Source: Candidatus Eiseniibacteriota bacterium (lineage in GTDB: Bacteria; Eisenbacteria; RBG-16-71-46). Taken from it: DNA of 64,000 nucleotides. Made by a program: the position numbers and the translations under genes. Location: contig JBGAML010000001.1 in NCBI GenBank assembly GCA_044223005.1, positions 288,001 through 352,000 on the forward strand, given 5' to 3'. Within the stretch, counting starts at the first letter, position 1. Each line of letters starts with the position of its first letter. Shown here one piece after another: positions 1 to 9,957 of the stretch. Under the pieces are notes generated by a model. It made no database searches. It was given only the letters and a program-made list of their open reading frames with translations, and had not been told where the DNA came from.

Positions 1-384
1 GTTGCCCGCCTCGCCGAACACGAGCTTGGGCAGCATGCTCAGCTTGGAGTTCACGATGCGGTTCCAGCGCGCGCGCAGGATCGTCTCGAGCAGTTCCGCG
101 CTCGAACCCGCGTGTTCCGCGACCAGCGTCTCGGTCGACTCGATGAACGGGATCACGCTGTTCCGCACGACCGCCTTGAAGAGTTCTTCCTTGCTCGGGA
201 AGTAGAGGAAGATCGTGCCCTTGGTGCAGCCGGCGCGCCGGGCGATGTCCTCGAGTCGGGTCGCGGCGAAGCCACGCGTCGTGAACTCTTCCTGTGCGGC
301 ATCGAGGATCTCGACGGGACGAGCATCCTTGCGGCGGTGCCAGCGCGGCTCCGCGTGCAGGTGGCTCGAGGTCGGTCCGTCCAT
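1..384 (-). CDS. TetR/AcrR family transcriptional regulator (3' end runs off window)
   Basis: Translated by hand (not in ORF track): MDGPTSSHLHAEPRWHRRKDARPVEILDAAQEEFTTRGFAATRLEDIARRAGCTKGTIFLYFPSKEELF, a TetR HTH. GGAGGAG RBS precedes the ATG. Confidence 0.9.
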   Translation of the reverse strand, partial: MDGPTSSHLHAEPRWHRRKDARPVEILDAAQEEFTTRGFAATRLEDIARRAGCTKGTIFLYFPSKEELFKAVVRNSVIPFIESTETLVAEHAGSSAELLETILRARWNRIVNSKLSMLPKLVFGEAGN

Positions 385-417
385 TTCTCCTCCGACGAAT
401 GAGACTCCAAGAACAAA

Positions 418-463
418 TAACTGAACAGTCGGTAAGTTAATCGGCAGCTGACCAGCCAGTCAA
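418..463. promoter_or_regulatory. Putative TetR operator(s)/promoter region
   Basis: AT-rich patch upstream of tetR with imperfect palindromes TAACTGA-N8-TAAGTTA and TGAC-CAGCCA-GTCA. Confidence 0.45.
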
Positions 464-679
464 CAATGAAATCGTATTGACGGCCAACTGATTTCATCGG
501 AACGGTTTAGCTATTCCGTTCCGGAGAGCTTCCGGGCGCCCGTCGGGCCGTGGGGGCCGGCGGCGAGCCAGCCAGGGGCGCGAGTGCCCTATGGATGAGG
601 CGCGCTCTCCCGCGATGCGCCGGCGCATGCGGCCCCGGAGCGGAACCCCCGGGGCCGCGATGCGTCGCGTGAACGGCGC

Positions 680-1228
680 CTACACGGTCGTGTCGATGGC
701 GCGGAAGGCGAACGAATCGCTCGTCCCCGCGTCGGCCGCCGACTGGCGGAAGTACTGCAGCAGCTGCTTGAACGCGTCCTGCGATGCCGAACTGTCTCCC
801 GACTGCAGCGCCGACTGCAGCGACTGCAGCAGCGAGTCGAGCGCATCGGTGCCGTCGCCCGAGGACGCACCGTCGGCGCCACCCGGCGGCGGTGGCGGCG
901 GACCCTCCTGCGCGTGCGCGGCGAGATCGCTCTTCAGGCTCGCGACCGCTTTCGACGCGGCGTCGAGGTCGCCGCCCTGCAGCGCGTCGCTGATCGAGGA
1001 GAGCGCGGACGAGAGCGGATCGTCGCCATCGCCCCGCGCCTGTTTCGCGCGCTGCTGGATGGTCGCGAGGTCGGCCTTCGCCTGGTCGGCGTTGCCGGCG
1101 GCGAGGTCGCTCTGCAACTGCGTGAGGTCGGCGTCGAGGCCGCCGCCACGCGGTGGCCGCGTGCGCTTCGTCTGGCTGATGTCCAGGGTGGACCAGGCGC
1201 TGCCCGATCCGATGCCGGAGATCGACAT
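680..1228 (-). CDS. Hypothetical helical protein with poly-Pro linker
   Basis: MSISGIGSGSAW start with GGAGG RBS; repeated LQS(D/A)L..G(D/N) helical segments; GPPPPPPGG. Confidence 0.7.
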   Translation of the reverse strand: MSISGIGSGSAWSTLDISQTKRTRPPRGGGLDADLTQLQSDLAAGNADQAKADLATIQQRAKQARGDGDDPLSSALSSISDALQGGDLDAASKAVASLKSDLAAHAQEGPPPPPPGGADGASSGDGTDALDSLLQSLQSALQSGDSSASQDAFKQLLQYFRQSAADAGTSDSFAFRAIDTTV

Positions 1229-1480
1229 GCTGCACCTCCATGACGGGATACGGATGTGGGCCCGTCGCGCGCGAAGCGCGGCGGGCGTGCCGGGCAGGCG
1301 ATGCTTCGTCGTCGCAAGGACCGGGCCCCGGACACGCGCCGGCACGCGCCGCTTCGCAACGCGTGCGTTCGCGGGGAGCTGTGGCCACGGCGCGCGACGT
1401 GGGCGGTTCGCCCGGCGGCGGCGCCGGCGGCAGTTCGTGCCGGGCGCGCGGCGGCCCTTGCCGCCGCGCCCGGCTGCGCG

Positions 1481-2701
1481 TCACTCGTAGCGGAGCGCGA
1501 CGATCGGGTCGAGCGAGGCCGCGCGCCGCGCGGGCCAGACGCCGAACACGATGCCGACGATCGCCGACGAACCGAACGCGAGCGCGATCGAGGACGCGCC
1601 CACGGACGTGTTCCACGAGAACGCGACGCGGATCACTTCCGCGAGCCCCACGCCGGCCGCGATCCCGACGATGCCGCCGAGCAGGCAGAGCACCAGCGCC
1701 TCGGCGAGGAACTGCGCGAGGATCGTGCGGCGCGTGGCGCCGATCGCCTTGCGGATGCCGATCTCGCGCGTCCGCTCGGTCACCGACACGAGCATGATGT
1801 TCATGATCCCGATACCGCCCACGAGCAGGCTCACCGCGGCGATGCCCGCGAGCAGCAGCGAGAAGACCTGCGTGGTCTCGCCGAGCGTGTTGAGGAAGTC
1901 CGCCTGGCTGCGGATCGAGAAGTCGTCCGCGGCACCTTCCGCGAGCCGATGCTGGCGCCGCAGCACGCGCCGCACCTCGGCCATGGCGACGGGAATGTCC
2001 GCTTCGGAGCGCGCGAGCACCTGGATGTCGCGCAGGCGGTTCGAACCGGTCAGGCGCTCGCGCGCGGTCTGGATGGGGACGAGCACCTGGTCGTCCGGGT
2101 TGAAGAAGCCGCCCGACTGGCCCTTCGCGGCGAGCACACCGACGACCGTGAAGCGCGCGGTGCCGATCCGGATCTCCTGCCCGAGCAGCGCCGCGGCGCC
2201 GCCCAGTTCCTGCGCCACCTGCGCGCCGAGCACGGCCACGCGGCGGCGTGCGGCGTTCTCGCCCGCGGTGAACATGCGGCCGGACTCGACCGGGAAGTTC
2301 CGCACATCGGGGTAGTTCGGCGTCACGCCCGAGATCGTGGTGTTCGCGTTGTGCTCGGCGAACTGCACCTGCAGCTGCGTCGACATCTCGGGCTGCACCG
2401 CCAGCAGCGAGGTCGCGCGCGCTTCGATCGCGGTCGCGTCCTCGAACGTGAGCGCAGCGCGGTCCGAGGCCGACGCCACGCCGCCCGCGCGCTGCTGCGA
2501 CGGCATGACCGTGAGCAGCGTGGTGCCGAGCGAGCTGATGCGGTCGCGCACCGTCTGCTGCGCGCCGCGCCCGAGCGCGACCACGGCGATCACCGCGGCG
2601 ACGCCGATCACGATGCCGAGCATGGTGAGGAACGAGCGCATCTTGTTCGCCCGCAGCGCTTCGAGCGCCACGCGGACCGTCTCGCGCGGGAGCATGGTCA
2701 C
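1481..2701 (-). CDS. MacB/FtsX-like ABC transporter permease
   Basis: RSFLTMLGIVIGVAAVI; LLVGGIGIMNIMLVSVTERTREIGIRKAIGA; PARRAASLDPIVALRYE. Confidence 0.95.
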   Translation of the reverse strand: MTMLPRETVRVALEALRANKMRSFLTMLGIVIGVAAVIAVVALGRGAQQTVRDRISSLGTTLLTVMPSQQRAGGVASASDRAALTFEDATAIEARATSLLAVQPEMSTQLQVQFAEHNANTTISGVTPNYPDVRNFPVESGRMFTAGENAARRRVAVLGAQVAQELGGAAALLGQEIRIGTARFTVVGVLAAKGQSGGFFNPDDQVLVPIQTARERLTGSNRLRDIQVLARSEADIPVAMAEVRRVLRRQHRLAEGAADDFSIRSQADFLNTLGETTQVFSLLLAGIAAVSLLVGGIGIMNIMLVSVTERTREIGIRKAIGATRRTILAQFLAEALVLCLLGGIVGIAAGVGLAEVIRVAFSWNTSVGASSIALAFGSSAIVGIVFGVWPARRAASLDPIVALRYE

Positions 2702-4095
2702 TTCCCCGCGGCGGCCGACGTGCGGGCCCCGCTGGTCGAACCGCTCGAGAAACCGTTCATGCTGCTCGTGCGCTGGCGGATCTGCGCCACTTGCTGCGTG
2801 CGCTGTTGCTGCAGCTCGACCGCGCCCAGCAGCACGACCGATTCGCCGGCATCGAGTCCCGACATGATCTCGACGTCGTCGTAGTTGGCGAGCCCGATCG
2901 TGACGCGCCGCAGCGCGAGGACGCCGTCGCGGCTCGCGACGACGTAGCGCGTGGTCGCGGCCGCGTCGTGCACCGACGCGGCCGCGCCGCCCTGCTGCAC
3001 GCGCGAGACGGCGCGCGCGAGGCTCGCGCTCGCCGTGCTGTTGCCGCCCGCGGGTGCGCCGCCACCGCCGTCCGGCGGCGGCGGACCGTCGTCCTTCGCG
3101 GTGGTGCTCGCCGCGGGACCGGCCGCCGCGAGCGCGGAGTCGGCCGCGAGCCCCAGCGTGCCGCGCACCGACTGCATCTCGCTCGCGGTCCGCACGGCGT
3201 CGAGCGGCACGGTGACGACGCCGGCGCGCCGGGCAACCTCGATCGTCACCTCGCCGTTCATGCCGGGCAGCAGCAACCCCTCGGCGTTGTCCACCGAAAC
3301 GAGCACCGGGAACATGGTCACGGACTGCTGGACCACTGCCTGCGGCTCGATCTTCTCGACCGAGCCCGCGAACGTGCGCTGCGGATACGCCTCGACCACG
3401 ACGGTCGTCGGCGCTCCCCGACGCACCTTGCCGATGTCGTTCTCGGTGACGTACGTGCGCACGCGGACGCGCGAGAGGTCGGCCATCTGGAGCAGCGTCG
3501 TGCCGCCGCTCACCGACGCGGTCGCGGACGAGATCACCTGCCCCGCCGACACGGACTTGACGAGCACGGTGCCGGCGACCGAAGCAGTCACGGTCGCGTC
3601 CTCGAGCTTCTGCTTCGCGAGGTCACGATTGGTACGCGCGGTGACGAGGTCGGCACGGGCCGTCGCGGCCGTGAGCACGGCGGCTTCGTGGTCGACGTCC
3701 GAGATCAGCTTCGTGGCGTAGAGCTGCTCGGCGCGGTTCAGCTGCGCGCGCGCGACCGATTCCTTCGCCTGCGCCGCCTCGAGCGCGGCCGCCGCCTGGT
3801 CGTCGCTCGCCTGCACGTCGTGCGGATCCACCTGCGCGAGCAGCTGCCCGCGCGTGACGACCGAGCCCACGTCCACGGGCATCTTCACGATCAGCCCCGA
3901 CGCCTTCGACTTCACCTCGACCAGCTCCACGGGCTCGACGACGCCCGTGGCCTCCACCGTGACGCGCAGGTCCTGCCGCGTCGCGGCGGCCGTGCTCGGC
4001 GCCGCGCTCACGCTGCTGCGTTTCGCGCAGCCGCTCGCGACGGCCGCGAGCACCGCGGCGGCGACCACGACTGCGATCCCGATGCGCGTTCTCAT
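2698..4095 (-). CDS. MacA-like efflux periplasmic adaptor subunit (lipoprotein signal)
   Basis: VEVKSKASGLIVKMPVDVGSVV lipoyl half, coiled coil, LLPGMNGEVTI, EIMSGLDAGESVV. Confidence 0.92.
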   Translation of the reverse strand: MRTRIGIAVVVAAAVLAAVASGCAKRSSVSAAPSTAAATRQDLRVTVEATGVVEPVELVEVKSKASGLIVKMPVDVGSVVTRGQLLAQVDPHDVQASDDQAAAALEAAQAKESVARAQLNRAEQLYATKLISDVDHEAAVLTAATARADLVTARTNRDLAKQKLEDATVTASVAGTVLVKSVSAGQVISSATASVSGGTTLLQMADLSRVRVRTYVTENDIGKVRRGAPTTVVVEAYPQRTFAGSVEKIEPQAVVQQSVTMFPVLVSVDNAEGLLLPGMNGEVTIEVARRAGVVTVPLDAVRTASEMQSVRGTLGLAADSALAAAGPAASTTAKDDGPPPPDGGGGAPAGGNSTASASLARAVSRVQQGGAAASVHDAAATTRYVVASRDGVLALRRVTIGLANYDDVEIMSGLDAGESVVLLGAVELQQQRTQQVAQIRQRTSSMNGFSSGSTSGARTSAAAGK

Positions 4096-4254
4096 GACGA
4101 CCTCCCGCGCGGCGGCCCCGCGCCCTGGGTTCCGCGGACCGGACGGGCCGTGGCGCGACTGCTGCGCACCTGCCCTTGGCGCCCTGCGACACCGACACCG
4201 TCCGGACCCGCACTCACGACCGGGCGCTCGGGGGATGCGCCCGGGACCTGCCGT

Positions 4255-4932
4255 TCAACCGTCCACCCGGCGATACCGCCGCTGGATCGTTCGCGACGCA
4301 CCGTCGGGTGCGCCGAGCTTCGTCTTCACTTCGAGCACGCGGCCCTTCTCGCGCAGCGTCCACGTCTCACGCACCGCGCCAGGCCCGCGCACCACATCCA
4401 GCTGGCCGTCGTTCCAGCGCCCCTGCGCGCGCACCGTTCCGCCCTCGGCGTGACGGCCACGCGCGTCGGTGTTCTCGCGCTCGCGCGCCGTCGCGTCGAT
4501 CTCCGCGTGCAGCGCACCGGTCGAATCGGCAAGCCGCACCAGTTCGCCCTCGACGCCGAGCAGCAGCGGATCGGGCCACTCGATCGGGTCGCGCAGTTCC
4601 GCTTTCGCCGCACCCTGCGGCGCGCCGTCGCGCGGACCGCCCTCGCCGCCGGGCGGCGGACCGCCCATGTCGCCCGGAGGCGGGCCACCCATGCCACCGT
4701 CCGGAGGCGGGCCCCCCATGCCTCCGTCGGGAGGCGGACCACCGCCCGGGCCGTCGGGCCCGCCCGTGGGCAGCCGCACGGCGTCGCTCTCCTTCACCTG
4801 GATGCGCTCGAGCCGCCAGCGGCCCGCGAGTGCGCCGAGCGCCGTACGGGTCGCCGCGACCGCGGTGCCCGCGCACGCGGCGATCGCGAGCACGAAGAGT
4901 GCGATGCGGATCCAGCGTCGCTGCGTCGTCAT
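4255..4932 (-). CDS. Secreted protein with Gly/Pro (GGPPP) repeats
   Basis: MTTQRRWIRIALFVLAIAAC signal, GGAGGGAGG RBS, LAGRWRL...RETWTL beta-rich parts flanking a GP repeat. Confidence 0.7.
   Translation of the reverse strand: MTTQRRWIRIALFVLAIAACAGTAVAATRTALGALAGRWRLERIQVKESDAVRLPTGGPDGPGGGPPPDGGMGGPPPDGGMGGPPPGDMGGPPPGGEGGPRDGAPQGAAKAELRDPIEWPDPLLLGVEGELVRLADSTGALHAEIDATARERENTDARGRHAEGGTVRAQGRWNDGQLDVVRGPGAVRETWTLREKGRVLEVKTKLGAPDGASRTIQRRYRRVDG
4633..4770. repeat. Intragenic ~27-bp tandem repeat encoding (D)GGMGGPPP
   Basis: Units ccggaggcgggccacccatgccaccgt (4674-4700) and ccggaggcgggccccccatgcctccgt (4701-4727), plus degenerate flanking copies. Confidence 0.8.
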
Positions 4933-5073
4933 GATGCGCCTCCCTCCTGCGGCCTCGTCCGGTGTCGCGCGGCATCCGACCGCCTTCACGTGCGGCGGGC
5001 AGTGGCCTTGCGGTGAATCGCTTCGGTGGCGTGTTCCCTCGCCGCGCGACCGAAACGATCATCGGCCCCGGAT

Positions 5074-5175
5074 GTGGCAGGAATGTGGCGGGGCGCTGGC
5101 ATTTCTGGGGAGCCGCCACCCGGGCGGAGGCGCGGGATTCGCGCCTCGGATCGGCCCGTGCCACATTCCTGCCAC
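5074..5175. promoter_or_regulatory. Pair of inverted 16-bp boxes, probable OmpR-family regulator binding sites
   Basis: GTGGCAGGAATGTGGC (5074-5089) and its exact reverse complement GCCACATTCCTGCCAC (5160-5175). Each box contains GTGGC repeated at 11-bp spacing. Confidence 0.6.
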
Positions 5176-5229
5176 GAGTGGGCGCTAGCATTCCGTCGTG
5201 GGCGCGAACCGCGCCCGACCGGAGACGCG

Positions 5230-5912
<683 letters not shown>

Positions 5913-5916
<4 letters not shown>

Positions 5917-7388
5917 ACCGCCCGACGCCGCGCAGCCTGTCGTGGATCATCGCGGCGAGCTTTCTCGTGGTGTTCGTGGTCGGCACGGCGGCGCAGGTGT
6001 TCCTCGCGCTCCGCGTGCTCCGGCCGCTCGAGGCGCGCGACGCGCGCGCGCGCGCCGAACTGCTCGCGACGCAGTTCGAGGCGCGCGTGCAGGCGCTGCC
6101 CGCCGATCCCGACGACCCGGCGCTCGGCCGCGTGCTCGATGAGGTGCGCGACTCGCTCGACGTGCCGTTTGCGGCGTTCGTGTTCCGCCGCCCCGACGGT
6201 CACGCCGCGGTGCTCGCCATGCGTCCGCCGCACGAAGAGGCGCCGCACGGACCGGCGGGCCCGGCGCCGGACGAGGGCGGGCCGCGGCCGCCGCGCGACG
6301 CGCGCACGCCCGCGCTCGGCGAGCGGCTCGCGACGCGCGCGATCACGCGCGCGGGGCGGACGCTCGGCGCGCTCGAGGTCTACCGGCTCGAACCGCCGCG
6401 CATGCCCGGACGCCGGCCGTCCGACCTGCGCGCGCTGCTGCTCGGCGTGCCGGTCGCGCTCGCCGCGTCGGTGATCGCGGGACTGCTGCTCGCGCGGCTG
6501 CTCGTGCGGCGGCTGCGTGCGATCGAGCAGCACGCGGCCCGCGTCGCGAGCGGCGATCTCTCCGCGCGCATCGGCGACACGAGCGGCGACGAGATCGGGC
6601 GGCTCGCCGGCCGGCTCGACGACATGACCGGCCGCCTCGCCGAGGCGAAGGCCCGCCAGGACGCCGACGCGCTGCAGCGCCGGCAGCTGATCGCCGACAT
6701 CACGCATGAGCTGGCGACGCCGCTCACGTCGATCCGCGGCTATGCCGAGACGCTCACCAACCCGCGCATCCCGATCGTCGACGCCGAGCGCGAACGCGTG
6801 CTGCACTCGATCCTCGAGGAATCGGGACGCATGGAGCGGCTCATCCGCGACCTGTTCGACCTCGCGCGCCTGGAAGGCGGTGCAATCGCGCTCGAACCCG
6901 AATCGCTCGACTGGGCCGCCCTCTGTCGCAACACCGCGGAGCGCTTCCGCGATCGCTTCCGCGCCGCGAACCTCGCGCTCGACGAGGCGGGCCCGCGGAG
7001 CGAAACCTGGCTGCGCGGCGACGGGCACCGCTTGGAACAGGTGATCGAGAACCTGCTCGTGAACGCGCTGCGCTACGTGCCCGCCGGCGGGCGCGTCACG
7101 TGGTCGGTCGCGCCCGCGAGCGAGGGACGCGCGCAGCTGCTCGTCGCCGACGACGGCCCCGGCGTCCCGGCCGCCGACCTGCCGCACCTCTTCGATCGCT
7201 TCTACCGTGCGCCCGGCGCGAGCGGCGCCTCGCGCGCGAGCGATCTCGGCGGCTCCGGTCTCGGACTCGCGATCGTGCGCGGCATCGTCGTGCGGCACGG
7301 CGGCACCGTGAGCGCAGCGGCCGTCGCGCCGCACGGGCTCGCGATCGCCGTCGAGTTGCCGCTCGCGGGTCCTCCCACCGGCGCCTGA
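5913..7388 (+). CDS. HAMP-domain sensor histidine kinase
   Basis: GTG start overlapping the regulator stop; 2 TM; ADITHELATPLTSIRGY H-box; NLLVNALRY; DDGPG; GSGLGLAIV. Confidence 0.95.
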
Positions 7389-7504
7389 GCGCCGCGGTAC
7401 GATCGCGAACCTGATAGAGTCGTCGCTCGCGATCTCGTCCGGCGGAACGCCGCCGGTTTCCCACGGCCGCCACCCCCGGCACCGCTCCCTGGCCCGCTCT
7501 CCCC

Positions 7505-8437
7505 GTGAACCGATCGATCAATCGCCTGCTGCCGCTGCTCGCCGCCGCGCTGTGCTTCGCCGCGTGCGGCCGCTCGTCCTCCACCGATCACCGTGCGTCC
7601 GCGCCGGGCGATTCGGCCGCCGCGATCGCCGACACCGCGCGCCGCGACACGACGCCCACGCCGCCGCTGGTCGCCGCGCGCTACCACGCGATCGTGCTCG
7701 GCGAAGCGTCCATGCTGCGCGCGCTGCGCGATTCGCTGGGCGAAGACGCGTTCGCGCTCGTGCTCGCGCTCAACCGCGTCGACCTCGGGCACGCGCGTTC
7801 GGGCGACACGCTCGTGCTGCCGGAGCCGGCCGACTCGGCCGCGATCTCGCCGTTCCCCGCCGCGATCCCGGGTGCCGATTCGCTGCCCAAGCTGCTCGTG
7901 GTCTCCAACCGCGTGCAGGCGTGGGCCGCGTATGCGAACGGCCGGCGCGTGAAGTGGGGCGCCTGCTGCACCGGCCGGCGCACCAAGCCGACGCCGGTGG
8001 GCCTCTACCACACCAACTGGCGCCAGCCCGAGCGGCACAGCACGATCGACGGCTCGTGGCTGCTGCAGTGGTACGTGAACCTCGACGCGATGGAAGGCGT
8101 CTCGTTCCACGTGTTCGACCTGCCCGGCCGCCCCGCGAGCCATTCGTGCGTGCGGCTCTCGGTGCCCGACGCGCAGTGGATCTATCGCTGGTGCGACACG
8201 TGGCGGCTCGCCGACAAGCGCCACGTCGCGGTGCAGGGCACGCCGGCGATCGTGCTCGACCGCTACGCGTTCGGCTCGCGCCGGCCGTGGCGCGCGCTGA
8301 CCGCCGATCCGCACGCCTGCGACGTCTCCGCGGACAGTCTCGCCGCGGCGATCCGCGGCTACGGCCTGCCCGAGCACGCACACGCGCCCGCCGACACGCT
8401 CGCACGCGTCGCGCCCGCGGATTCGTCCGCGCACTGA
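7505..8437 (+). CDS. L,D-transpeptidase family lipoprotein
   Basis: Lipobox FAAC; PTPVG; FHVFDLPGRPASHSCVRL (YkuD catalytic motif). Confidence 0.9.
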   Translation: MNRSINRLLPLLAAALCFAACGRSSSTDHRASAPGDSAAAIADTARRDTTPTPPLVAARYHAIVLGEASMLRALRDSLGEDAFALVLALNRVDLGHARSGDTLVLPEPADSAAISPFPAAIPGADSLPKLLVVSNRVQAWAAYANGRRVKWGACCTGRRTKPTPVGLYHTNWRQPERHSTIDGSWLLQWYVNLDAMEGVSFHVFDLPGRPASHSCVRLSVPDAQWIYRWCDTWRLADKRHVAVQGTPAIVLDRYAFGSRRPWRALTADPHACDVSADSLAAAIRGYGLPEHAHAPADTLARVAPADSSAH

Positions 8438-8523
8438 ATCGCCCCCCGGCTGGCGGGTGATCGGGGAGCCGGGCTAGGCTGCGCGCCGAGCAAGCCGCGC
8501 CACCTCCACCCGGACGATCCGCC

Positions 8524-9957
8524 ATGCCCGACGCTTCCCCGCTCGACCTCGCCCGCGCCGTTCCGCGCGAACTCGTGAGCGAACTGCTCGCGATCGCGCG
8601 CGCTTCCGGCGCCGAGTTCGCCGATGTCTACGCCGAGCACACCGTGACCGGCAGCCACGCGTTCGCCGAAGGCCGCGTGAAGAGCGCGTCGTACGCCGTG
8701 ACGAGCGGCATCGGCGTGCGCGCGATCGTCGGCGACCAGACCGGCTACGCCTACGCCGACGGTTTCGCCGCCGCCGACGCGCGCGACGCGGCGCGCGTGG
8801 CGGCCGGCATCGCGCGCTCGGGCCGCGCGGGCGGACCGCCGCAGGCGTTCCGCGTCGTGGACGCGCCCGCGCCGTTCGTGCTGGCGCGCCCCGCCGCGCG
8901 CGCGCTCGCCGAGGCGCAGCCGGTGGAGTTCCTGCGCCGCGCCGACGCGGCGGCGCGCGCGCACGATCCGCGCGTGCGCGAGGTGATGGCGAACTTCGCC
9001 ACGTCGAGCAAGTCGTTCCTCGTCGCCAACACCGACGGCGTGTGGGCGGAGGACCGCAACGACCTCTCACGGCTCGTGGTCAACGTGATCGCCGTGGACG
9101 GCGACGACCGCCAGGAGGGCTACGCGGCCGGCGGCGGCATCGTCGAGACGGACTACTACGACACCGCGCGCACGCCCGAGATCGTCGCGGCCGAGGCCGC
9201 GGGCACGGCGACGCTGCTGCTCACGGCGCGCGAGCCCGAGGCGGGCTCCTACCCGGTGGTGGTGTGCAATGGTTGGGGCGGCGTGATGGTGCACGAGTGC
9301 TTCGGCCACAGCATGGAAGGCGACACGATCCGCAAGGGCACGTCGATTCGCGCCACGCAGAAGGGACAGCTCGTGGCCGCGAAGGGCGTGACGATCGTGG
9401 ACTCGGGGCTCGTGCCGAACTCGCGCGGCAGCTTCCGCGTCGACGACGAGGGCACGCCCGCGCGGCGCACGGTGCTCGTCGAGGACGGCATCCTGGTCGG
9501 CTACATGTGGGACCGGCTGAACGCGATGCTCACGGGCAACGCGCCCACCGGCAACGGCCGCCGCGCCTCGTACCGCGACGTGCCGCTCTGCCGCATGACC
9601 ACCACGTACATCGAGCCCGGCCCGCACGATCCCGCCGCGCTCGTCGGCTCGGTCGCGCGCGGCCTCTACTGCAAGCGCCTCGGCGGCGGCTCGGTGAACA
9701 CGGCCGACGGCAACTTCTCGTTCCAGGTCACCGAGGCGTGGCAGATCGAGAACGGCCAGCTCACGCACCCGGTGCGCAACGCGACGCTCGCGGGCAACGG
9801 CAACGACGCGATGCTCAAGATCGACGGCGTCGGCAGCGATCTCGCCTTCGACGGCACCACGGGCTCGTGCGGCAAGGACGGCCAGTGGAAGCCGGTGGGC
9901 GTCGGCCAGCCCACCGTGCGCTTCACCGGCATCACGGTCGGAGGGACCGCCGTATGA
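8524..9957 (+). CDS. tldD: TldD metalloprotease subunit
   Basis: HECFGHSMEGD (HExxxH), DDEGTP, GNGRR, RMTTTY, CGKDGQ..PVGVGQPT. Confidence 0.93.
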   Translation: MPDASPLDLARAVPRELVSELLAIARASGAEFADVYAEHTVTGSHAFAEGRVKSASYAVTSGIGVRAIVGDQTGYAYADGFAAADARDAARVAAGIARSGRAGGPPQAFRVVDAPAPFVLARPAARALAEAQPVEFLRRADAAARAHDPRVREVMANFATSSKSFLVANTDGVWAEDRNDLSRLVVNVIAVDGDDRQEGYAAGGGIVETDYYDTARTPEIVAAEAAGTATLLLTAREPEAGSYPVVVCNGWGGVMVHECFGHSMEGDTIRKGTSIRATQKGQLVAAKGVTIVDSGLVPNSRGSFRVDDEGTPARRTVLVEDGILVGYMWDRLNAMLTGNAPTGNGRRASYRDVPLCRMTTTYIEPGPHDPAALVGSVARGLYCKRLGGGSVNTADGNFSFQVTEAWQIENGQLTHPVRNATLAGNGNDAMLKIDGVGSDLAFDGTTGSCGKDGQWKPVGVGQPTVRFTGITVGGTAV

